Source: Lytechinus pictus | Lineage: Eukaryota | DNA: 64,000 nucleotides | Direction: 5' to 3' | Assembly: GCF_037042905.1 (NCBI RefSeq) | Contig: NC_087246.1 | Location: forward strand, 34,844,001 to 34,908,000 | Shown here: piece after piece, positions 27,001 to 39,000 of the stretch | How positions within the stretch are numbered: the first letter of the stretch is position 1 | How the letters are laid out: each line of letters begins with the position of its first letter | The notes under the pieces: model-generated | What the model was told of the DNA's origin: nothing | The model's database searches: none | What the model saw: only the letters and a program-made list of their open reading frames with translations | Position numbers and translations under genes: made by a program

Positions 27001-30000
27001 ATAATTTTGAAAGAGCCTTACAAGCCAAGGTCAATTTGTACCATATTACCGATTGAGCTAGATGAACGTCTTAGTTTTTTTTAAAAACATACATTGATAA
27101 AATTAATGATGAAAGCAATTTTCAATATATACACTAGGATTTCTGCCCATATAATATGGGCAGAAAACCTAGTATATTGAAAACTGTAAACACAGATGCA
27201 GGCATGCATATTATATACTTGTAAAATACCGTGCTTATTTTGGTAATCTGTCATCACACCATATTCTGCTCTTAGTCCATTTACTCGCCCAACAAAACTC
27301 TATAATTTCAAACAATTATGTACTAGGGGAAATATTTCAACAAAGTTCTGGACAGCCATATGTAAAAGAATTTGTTTTATTTCTGTTTTGTTCATTCAGA
27401 ATGAATGATTTCTTCACTACCACTATCACCAGCACGTCTACATGTAATGACATGATTTGAACGATTATCAGTTACTTAACTTGTTGCGGGTTGGTAATCT
27501 AGAAAACACAGAAATAGTGTCAATAGAATATCCCCCATCCCCCCATACAAACAAGATATATATATCTTGCAATTTAAAGGACAAGTCCACCCCAACAAAA
27601 ACTTGATTTGAATAAAAAGAGAAAAATTCAACAAGCATAACACTGAAAATTTCATCAAAATCGGATGTAAAATAAAAAAGTTATGACATTTTATAGTTTC
27701 GCTTCATTTCACAAAACAGTTATATGCACATCTCGGTCGGTATGCAAATGAGGGAACTGATGACATCACTCACTCACTATTTCTTTTGTATTTTATTATA
27801 TGAAATATGAAATATTCTGATTTTCTCGTCATTGTCATGTGAAATGAAGTTTCATTCCTCCCTGAACACATGGAATTCCATTATTTTAACATTGTTGTGC
27901 TTCAGGCAAGGAGGTCCTAATCATCAAATTCGTAAAAATTGAAATATTGTATAATTCAAACAATAAAAAACAAAAGAAATAGTGAGTGAGTGACATCATC
28001 GACTCTCTCATTTGGATGTAACTGGCTCGTTCATATAACTATTTTGTTAAAAATAAGCGAAACTTTGAAATGTCATAACTTTCTTATTTTACATCCGATT
28101 TTGATGAAATTTTCAGCATTGTGCTTGTCTGATTTTTCTCTATTGATTCAAATCAACATTTTGCTGAGGTGGACTTGACCTTTAATTCAACATGGCATAC
28201 AATGCTTGGTGTACGCTAATAATGCTCGTACATTTATCTAATATATGTTGGTCAAAGCCAAGGGGGGCCAGTCAAATATATTGCTGTACACATGCGTGAT
28301 CCCCAAAAAAAAGTTTAAAGGGGTGTTTTTTTTTTCAGTTTTGGACGCGGGCCGCACATGCACTCGTTAATGGTATCAAAAACACTGATTTTTTTTTTAA
28401 AGGGTGGTTTTGAAAGACTGGTCAATGGTCAATCGCTGGGATACACGTATTTAGGGGTCATATTCTGGCAACAACTTGTTTAGGGGCCAAAATGTGTAAA
28501 TGAAGCCCGCAAAAAACTTGCTAATATTTTGCACACAGAGAAAAACTAGTTTAGGTGGTGTTTGGAAATAATTTGGTCACGCATATGTACAGCAATACAT
28601 GTACTTCTGACTGCCCCCCCCCCCCATCCCGGGGGTCAAAGCAAACCCGACTGGGAACACTGATGGTGCATTGAAACAATGATCTGGATTTTATTTGTTT
28701 AAAATGCTTAAATTTATTAATACAATCACATGTAGTTTGCATTATCAAAGTAGTGCTTTTCTATGCTTGACCACAAGATGGCACCAGACTCCTTTCACTA
28801 TGAAGTCAAAGGAAAGAAGTCGAGAGTGGGAGGTGCTGTGACCAAGTGGTTTCAAGGCTAACTCACTCATAGCTACAGATGAAAGTCGGGGGTTCGATTC
28901 TTGTTTCCATGGTATTTACCAATGGATGGCAAAGTTACCAGAATATTAACTTTATGCAAAAGGCCCCAGTGTCCCATGCAAGACACATAAGTGTATGATG
29001 GTACCCTAATGCGACACTGTTGATATCTTGACAAAGAACTGTCCCCTTGGTATATAATGCTCTAGCCATTCCTATTTAGCCTATAAAGGATTGCATTTAT
29101 GAATGAATTACCAGCTGAATCATTACTTTTAATTTTCAGTCGAGTATAAAGTTACTAATTGCTTTTTAATATTGTAATCTCAAGAAACGAAACAAAGAAA
29201 CCTTTGACTGTTATTGTCATTGTCTTGCCCCAGTTTTTATAACATTAATAACACTTGACTCAAGTAATTACCAAAATTCAAGAAGTCTTATGATTCCAGA
29301 AGTGACTTTTGATCCGTAGGTGTAAGAGTGAGAGATAATTACATCGAAAAATCAAATATTTTTAACTCTAAGAGGATGCCAAGAAACAATATTTGCACAA
29401 GTGTTCTAAAGTTCCCTTGAGTTTCAAATAAAATTTCCATTCAACAAATCCCCAAGAGATAATAAAAAATAAGACAATTCATCAGAGGAAATATGATTAC
29501 AAACAAAGGGACTTCCCAATTAATAAAAGCCCTCATTAAAACAGCAATAGTTCTATTTATTTCCGATTTCACAATACTTGATGTCATAGAATGATCGCCT
29601 TTGTTGCAATATATATTATTATTTTTTATTATTAGTAGTANNNNNNNNNNNNNNNNNNNNNNNNNNNNNNNNNNNNNNNNNNNNNNNNNNNNNNNNNNNN
29701 NNNNNNNNNNNNNNNNNNNNNNNNNNNNNNNNNNNNNNNNNNNNNNNNNNNNNNNNNNNNNNNNNNNNNNNNNNNNNTGAAGTGTATTTCATATATATTA
29801 AATATGCTGTTTTTTCATATATTATGTTTGTTTTGTTAACTGGAAAATATTGTGTTTTTTATCATTGTATATGCATTTTTTTATGTGAATAAAGAAGATT
29901 TTGAATTTGAATTATTATTATCATTTCATCATTCTTCACAGTAGGATTATGTACATTGTGTTTCTTTCTGGACTCTAGTTCTAATCATTTCGTTTGTCAA

Positions 30001-33000
30001 TTTCTGGTCTTTACCCAAGTGAGCAACATGGCATTGCTCCTAATTTGCATTTTTGCCATCTTTAGGCCTTCACATTTTGATTTTCCTTTCTCATGTTCTG
30101 TGATTATTGTTATTGACGTTGTGTCGTATTGTTCATGTTTTGTTCTGTGATAATTTTGTATATCTTATGCTATGTAATAATTCTTGCTTTGTCGTAATAT
30201 GTTTTGTTGTGTTTATCATTTTGTGCTATATTGTGCCATGTTGTGTGTTATAACCTATTGATTTCAATATTTCATATTGCCAAAAATTTAATAATTCGGC
30301 TTTATTTAAGTTTTCTCCTGAATAGACCATTTTGAATTGAAATAGAATTGAATTCACCCTTGTAAAACAACAAGATGTTGCTCTTCTTCACCTTTGCTTG
30401 CATTTATCTGCGGTGGCTAAAGCCTTCAAATTTTGAAAGGAGGGCTGTCAGATTGAGGCTCATCAACCAAAGCAAATAAAGACCTTCCAAAACAACAAGA
30501 TAAAATGAGCAAATAACACCTTCGGACCCTATACCATACATACCCTGTTCACAAAAGAACATGCAAATACACGTGGTCCGCAATGTTTAAAGTTTCTGAT
30601 TAGTGCAAGGGCAAAGTTTTTTTTTAACTTTGTAACTGGTCCTTGAGATGATCTTTGGCTTGAATTTATATTCAAGAAAGGGAACTCTAACATATTGTGA
30701 CATTAAAGCCAGCCCAAAGTTTTGGTAAAGGGTCAAAGTTTTTTGTAACATTGTAAATGCTCCTTGAGATGATCAAAGGGTCATTTAAACTGTCCTTGGC
30801 TTGAATTTATATTCAAGAAAGGGAACTCTAACATATTGTGACATTAAAGCCAGCCCAAAGTTTTGGTAAAGGGTCAAAGTTTTTTGTAACATTGTAAATG
30901 CTCATTGAGATGATGAAGGGACATTTAAATTGTCCTTGAATTTTTATTCAAGAAAGGGAACTCTAACACATTGCTCTTGTGACATTAAAGCCAGCTAAAA
31001 GTTTTGGTAAAGGGTCAACAATGGGATTTAATAAAGTGTTATGACAATTCCGTGACTTACATTGACATTTTTCTTTTTTTTTCCTCTGATGTTTGCAAAG
31101 TTGAATGGAGTCAAACCTTTATTTTGTACTGATTTCACCTTTTCTGTGTATTTGTATCCTTTTAATCATAACTTTTTTCTTTAGAGCAGATACAGTTCTA
31201 TAGGTAAATTGCCAGTTCGTCTACTGCCAACTCATCCACTCACCATATGGTCTACTTTAATTTAGTCTAATGCCATTCCATCCATCAACATTTCGTCTAA
31301 CAACCGTTTGGTCCAATCATCACTTCGTCTAATCACCATTTCATCTATGACCATTTCGTCTCATAACCAGTTGGTCTAATATTCATTCATTTGCAGAATT
31401 TAACACTTACTCCAATTAGACCAAATGGTATATGGACTAAATGGCTATCGGACCAACTGGTTATTAGACAGAATGGCATTAGACTAAATGATAGTAGACC
31501 ATGTGGTGAGTGGACGAACTGATGGTGGACCAAATGAGAGTAGACGAGTTGGCAATTGAAGGAATGGGCATGAGACGAATTGGAAATAAACCGTTCTATA
31601 ATATAGTAATGAATTGGAACAGTGGCATTCATATTACTTTCACTTCGTTTGATCATGGATATTAGTTTCAAACATAAAGTCCATTTGCGGAAAATAATGA
31701 TCATCAAATTTATTTCAATCAAACAATCCAACAAAAGTACCTATAATGCATTTGTATGAATGTGGCAAAAGAATGTGGTAGAAAAGCCCCTTTCACAATT
31801 GGTGGTGTGACTGCTTACAACCGTTGCGATTCTGTGCAACATGTATTGTGACCAAATGATCGTAAATGATCGCAAGAGCAATTGTGAAAGCCCCTTTACT
31901 TGCAACATCTTTGGATTCAATGTAAATGTGAAAAGGGTCTTAAATTTGAAGTTGAAAGAAAAAACCCTGCAGATAAAGGGGAGAACAAATAGTTTAGACT
32001 TTGGATATATATAGGAGTGATGTTAGCACTGGAATTTGTTTTATTGACAAAGATTGCTGCAAACATAATTGAGGTTATCTTTTTAAGCTATCGCCAGATA
32101 ATCATTATAAGGTCATAAGAATAAGTTAGGGGTGGGGGTGGTACTTAATTGGCTCTCAATATTTGCAGATCCACGTGGAACAAAATAGGTTAATCATTTG
32201 ATTTCTAATTTATGATTCTTTTCATCAAATATTCTCAAATGGAAACATTCTAGAAAATTTACTTACTTCTTCACGTCTTCACAATTGGTTTATGTGAACC
32301 ATGTCAGAATAACAAGGTCTAGATCTATGACAATGTGCTAGCATTTAATAAATAAAGACTTTCAATAAAATTGCTATCCATGAGTACACCATACCCTTCA
32401 TGTTCCCTACAATTGAGGGGGGGGGGGCTTACACATACTAACCAGAAAAATTATGCAAATATCAAATGGGTATTATTTTTGCCAATAGAGACATGTACAA
32501 TGCATTTTAGTGCATCAAATACATAATAGAAGTCTTAGAACAGAGGAAAGGGGGTATATTTCTGAGTTTGTGGGGGCGTCGTTGTCTAGTAGTTACGACT
32601 CTCGTCTGTCAGTCAGAAGGACGTGGGTTCGAATCCCAACCATGGCGTCTTTTCCTTCAGCAAGAAATATCCCCACACTGTGCTGCACTCAACCCAGGTG
32701 AGGTGAATGGGTACCCGGCAGGATTAATTCCTTGAATGCACCAAGCGCCTTTGGCAGCCAGAGCTAAAGCCGGGTTAATATATAGTGCGCCATTGAATAG
32801 GCAACTAGATAATCGGCGCCTCATAAATGCTATAATATCATTATTATCATTAGTTTCTCAGTATAATCTTCATTTTCATTCATGTGACTTAGACTTGAGT
32901 CAAGTTTAAAAGGAAAGTATCTGGAAATATTAAACCAAGTATCAATCGACCAATGGAAAAGCTGCAATTTTTTTAGGACGGGGGGGGGGGGGGGGGGGGG

Positions 33001-36000
33001 GGGTGGGTGGTAGATAGAAGGTCAATTGATATACACCTGAACCAGTAGTTGAGAGTGCCCATACCTACAACTTGGCAAAAAAGCAGTATTTGAATGGACA
33101 TTCTCCACCTTCTAGGGAGTATAGTTTTGTTTAAGGATTTTTAGTTTGTTTTTTGTTACATATTCAATGCATGTTATTATTATGATCTAGGAAAAAAATA
33201 TGGAAAAGATCTCATGTGTAAGAGAGCGGTGATAAAGCCAATGATGTTTATACCTTGGTCACATTTGTTCTACGGCGGCCATATGGCGAGTTGAAAACAG
33301 CCGTTTTAACATTTTTTGTCCAACTACATATAGGTGGTTTGAATCAAAATTAATAAAACGGCTGTTTTCGACTCGCCGTGCGGCAGCCGTAGAGCAAATG
33401 TGACCAAGGTATAAGGGAGAGAGGGGGTAATGGTATTCATCTATTTAAAAAAAGAAAGAATTCAAACAATACTGTTCTTTGATAGCCAATTAGCACTCAA
33501 TGCCACGTCTTGTTAAGAACACTTAGAGCCGTCAATCACCCGGTTGCTAACGACAATATAATCTCATGATTGCTATCAAATCAGACAAAACAACAAAGAA
33601 ACTCTTTATTGCTTTTTATGTGTATCAATAATAGCACAGTAATCACACCCCTTGAAAAGCCTATTTCAATGCATTTGTATTCAATACTTGAACGGAATAG
33701 ACTTTGAGACATTTGGATGAAATTATTCTATATTTTGTGTACAGCAGTCTGAAATATCTATCATGGTGTGCTTTTCACCCTAGATCAATGCACGACATAA
33801 TTCCTAACCTAATTGATCATTTTCAAAGCAACTAATGCCATAATCATTTTTCAAACAATCTATTTTTCTAAAAAGATCTCTGTATAAGGACAATACTATG
33901 ACTGAAACCAGGTACTATCTTTAAGTCAACTGACACACATTCCATGGACACAAGGTCCAGCAAATTGTTTTGCACCAATTGTTATTTGTGTGATAAGATC
34001 AAAATATCACAGCTGTTAAGTATACAACAGTCTTTTATTTCTTAAACTGACCCATATATTTTGTGGTTTCAGGTGTGCGGATCAGACCATTATCAATCTG
34101 CATACAGAAGAAAATCAAAAGACAATGAAGTCACGCCTTGCAACCTGAAGATCTCTATCACGGCGAGTATGGTTTTGTGGTAAATGTGTAACAATAGCTA
34201 TGTTACTTCCCTGAAACATAGAATGAATATGCGATGCTTTGTAAATTGATAGATTAAATATCCAAAGATCCCGACAAAAATCTATTGTCATGATTTACTG
34301 GGGAATGTTGCAACATGGCTGCAGAATATTGCAAGTTTTCTAATGTTTATTAATTATAGAAATCCTAATACCTTTTGAAGAAACCAGTGGTTTTGATATT
34401 TGAACTTGACATTGCAATTTACAGCCATTCCTATTAAAAAGTGAAATTATTAAGCATAGGCCTAACACCAGTGCTCTGGTGATTTATCATTACACATTAA
34501 ATCAGTTTCTCATCACTCCCATTATATACTGCGCTTTTCCCAGAATGGCCCAAAGCGCTTACAACAAGAAAAAGAAATTGTTACAACTATAAAAATGAAA
34601 CCTTACAATCCTAAAAATCTGGATTGGAAAAAAGAAAGGTTTTAAGTATTAAAACACATGGTTTATCACATAATTTGTTTTATTAGAAACTCCATACAAT
34701 GTATTTTTAAGCTAGCATTAAACATTACTTTCTTTCATAACCCGCTGGCCTTGCTTGATTTTGAAACAATGGGTAATTAAAATTCAAGAGCTCGTGTTGC
34801 ATATGATTACGTACACAGCGCTTGGGAGTTGGGGACAAAGGTCCATGTCGTGCTTTGTTTGCTTTTTTTTTCTAGTTGACAGAGGCGATTCACATCAAAG
34901 ATAATCCCCATCAACCTAAAGGTTTCACATTCCGATAACATTATACTTCTCAGAACAATCGTAAGATTATTTGTAATAAAGATGCAATTAGTGGGCTATT
35001 TCATGTGATTCTTCTCAAGATTATAATCCCTAGTCAACTTGTGATTTTTTTTTCACAATGCACTATTTGATGAAATCATGTAAATAATTTACAAGTAAAG
35101 TCATTTCCAAGTTTTTGCAGTTCTAAAGATTATTACCATTGATCTACATTCAAACAAACATCCTGAAGTGAGCATGCTCTGCAAGCAGGGCTCCACACTA
35201 ACCCTTTTTCTACTGGTCCAACCTGTTCATGTCGGACCAGTAGATACAAAGTTTTTCCATTTTTTACTGGCCCAAACCTAAAATTTACTGGTCCCCCCAA
35301 ACAAAGAAAAACATGAAAAAAGACTGAGTTTATTTTTGCTGTCTTTTATTGCCCCCCTAACCCCCCATACACCCAAACAGTACACACACACACACACACA
35401 TCCTCACACACACACACAAACACCATAAATCATGAAAGCCATTTCTCAATTTTGGAGAGGCATTTTTATCATTCACAAAAAAGGAAAAAAATGTAATTTT
35501 TATCAGTTTGATATATTTTTTACTGGTCATGTCGGACGAGTAAATCTGGCTATTTCTGAAAAGTTACTGGCCCGACAGCAATTTTTACTGGACTGGGACC
35601 ATCGGACCGGTGCCGTTGTTGCGCACTGCTGTAAGCCGTTGCGTAAATGGCATTGCGCCAGGATTATTTTCATGTGGGGGTGCTTCTTTTCACATCCTTC
35701 TGCCAAATTCTGCAACACTAAGCTTTTACCTTGCAGTGAATGGGGAGTTTCCTGAGCTGATAAATAAAACATTTCCCAGGGCCCTTTCAAGCACTTTGGG
35801 GGTGAAATTGCACAAGGCCCTGTGTAATTTTTTTCCTCCCCCTGCATTTCTTGGTAATGCCAGCCAGAATATAACTTACAGCGCGCGACACTGGCACCGG
35901 TCCGACGGTCCCAGACCAGTAAAAATTGCTGTTGGGCCAGTAACTTTTCAGAAATAGCCAGGTTTACTAGTCCGACATGACCAGTAAAAAATAAATCAAA

Positions 36001-39000
36001 CTGATACAAATCATAGTTTCTCCTCTTTTGTATTAAAAGTTATGGCTCTCCAAAATTGAGAAACGGGCTCTCATGAATTATGTTGTGTGTGTGTGTATGT
36101 GTACTGTTTGTATGGTTTTTTTTTTTTTTGGGGGGGGGGGGAGGGTGGCATTAAAAGCAATAGTTAGTGTGGAGCCCTAAATTATAGCTACTTGAACAAA
36201 TCAGGAGAAATTTGTTGAGTCTTAAGATTTCTCCCAAATTGAACTGGCAAGATTGAGCATACCTGGGCTTCCTGAGAATCACTCTGAGAAACAAACTACA
36301 TTTACATGAACAGGTATTGTCTCTAGGTTGCAGATAAAGCAGAATATAAACACCCTGCATCACATTGTTTGGAGCGACAGCATGGGTGAAGGTTTGTTTC
36401 AAAGTGTTCTGGATAAGATTAAAATGGAGAGAGGTTTTTGTCTCATTATCACGAATAAATATTAGGATGGAAACATTGTGTCGGACAAAAAACATTTTCC
36501 CATGATTTGTCGGTGAGAATTGCACTCTCTTTAGAGCCCTAGGTTCTCCCTTTCACGTCCCTGGTTGAAACAAGTAGACTTATTCCAAGGACAAATTTCT
36601 CTAAGTATATAAAAATGGAAACCTTTTCAGATGAGGAAGAGAAGTAAAGGAACAAACTCATCAAAAGGAGGAGCATGTAGACATTAAGAAAAATAAACTA
36701 TGAAAAAAAAGGAACATTATAACATTAAGGGAAAAGGGTAGGGTGGGAATAAAAGCAAGAAATATGCTTTGTTGTGCAAATCAAATGTATTCTCAGCACT
36801 GGTATAATACTGCCTACCCCCCCCCCTTTTCTCAAAAAGAATGACTTCCCCCATAAATGGCGTTTAATACCAGAATGTCCTGTTGGAAATGTACGTTCAC
36901 TCAACACAAGTTGGCGCTAGTGCACTTTTCTTTTAATGTACATGAGCATCTTGATCTATAATGTCATAGTCTAGTTTGCAAGAACAAAGTCCAGTTATTC
37001 ATGATTGGAGGCTTGGAGCAGTCTGAATTTTCAGACTACAAGAGAGGAATCAGGATCACGTATAATAACTTTTCCAAACCTGAAAACTGGTGCTAGTCGA
37101 CTCAGGACCCACTTGCTCATTTAAAAGCTAATTTGGGTATGTGCCTGCAGACTAAACTACAGTCAACCAAGTAGGGCATGCTACGTGTATGCTGATATTC
37201 TCCTAGATTCAGACACCTGTTAAGTCAATAATTAGTGTAGAGAGCGATTGACTTTCATCCTTGAGCTTTTCCAAATATCCACATGAGATACAAATAAAAT
37301 CAAAGCCCTGAACTCTTGGTAACCACACAAAAGGAAATGAAAATTCATTCAGAGCAGCGTCAAATGGAAATTCCAAATATTGGTCTGTTGCATTAGCGTA
37401 CCTAAGGGGGGGGGCAGACTGCCCCCCTGACGAGTCACAAGCCTGAAGAGCTAAGTGGGTCCCTCTGAACTTGAAGACCTTTTTTTTTTTTGCTTGCTTG
37501 TCAATTTTTTTTCTGGTGCGAAATGTCCTTTACTTGCGGTTGAAGAACTTTTTTTTTTTTTTTTGCTTGTCAATTTTTTTTCTGGTGCGAAATGTCCTTT
37601 ACTCGTGGTTGAAGAACCTTTTTTTTTTCTTTTGCTTGTCAATTTTATTCTGGTGTGAAATGTCCTTTACTTGCGGTTGAAGAACCTTTTTTCTCTTTTT
37701 TCTTTTGCTTGTCAATTTTTTTTCTGGTGCGAAATGTCCTTTACTTGCGGTTGAAGACCTTTTTTTTTTTTTTTGGCGGACGAATTTGCCCCCCCTTTGG
37801 AAAATCCTAGGTACGCCACTGGTCTGTTGGTAAAAGGCATGAACTGAAATCAGGAATGTATGCAAACTATACAGAATACAGTGCATATTAGTTTAAATTA
37901 TTAAGGTATTATTAGTTTTAGTATCAACAGTTTAATATCCATATAGGTTAAATAAAGTCTCCAATGAGAAATAAACGTTTCATTCATTACCTTTTTTTTT
38001 ATTGAGCATAATACATTCCGGCTGCTGTTTCGTACACAACCTGTGACTATGGTAATTTTGCCATTAGCATTTGCCATATGGTAACAGGGCTCAGCTTGCA
38101 ATCCATATCAGGGCTTATAAACCCAGAATTGTTTGCATAATTTCAATGTGAAGTGGGGGGAAAAAGAAGTGGGTAGGGGTGAGCATTTTCAGTGGCATTT
38201 TCCATGTATGAAAGCAAGCACTAGTTATATCCTCCTAACAAGGTCCGCAAAGTAGTAGGTAATTTTCTTTTTAAACTAAAAAAGGCTTTGGAGGGGTTTT
38301 TCCAAGGTTGCAGAGATTAAAGAACGTTTGATACAAGAGGAAAGATGAATGCACATCATTTGCTAAAGCAATGCAAGTCTTGATTTAGGCTCAAGACTAT
38401 GAGTACTTTCTCTAATTCAGGCAGGTGTCAAAGCATTCAAATTTTTTTTTTTTTTGATTCATTTATTTTTTTAATTATTTATTTATTCATTTATTTAGTT
38501 ATTTATTTGTTTATTTATTAAATATTATTCATTTCATTTATTTATTTATTTATCATTAATTTATTTCATTTTATTTATTTATTTATTCTTTTCTTGGGGG
38601 GGGGGGTAGATATTAGAGTGTGTGTGGAACCATCCCTTGTAAAACCATTAATACGATAATGGTAGACATGGATACAAATTTGAAATGGCAACGGTTGACA
38701 ATCTTGGGGCCTCATCAATTCACTCAACCCAATCATAATTTGGGTGTGCACAAGTAGATACACTCAATTACAATAATCAAGCCAATAAGGCTTTGATAGA
38801 TTATATTTGGACCACCTTAAACAAAACAACTTGCTCGACAAACCATTCATGAACCAGGAAATGAGAGGATATAATTGGGGCTAAATGAATTTCCTGGCTT
38901 GACGCAACACAGTAGGTACAGCCTGCCAATATAGAGGTGATTGTACTTTTTTGACTGAGGGAAGGTTAGCATATGGCACCTGGCAACCTTTCAGTGTGAA

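Noticed and set aside
32980-33010. Long G/C homopolymer runs as G-quadruplex regulatory elements
   Set aside because: Such runs are scattered throughout the window, often at MITE ends; nothing marks any as functional.
34073-34166. Plus-strand exon-like segment (TTTCAG acceptor, GTATGG donor)
   Set aside because: No recognisable peptide or partner exons; consistent with chance splice signals.
37480-37770. CRISPR-like periodic repeat (also 30606-31018 and 53400-54240)
   Set aside because: Head-to-tail tandem units without unique spacers, no cas genes, eukaryotic context.
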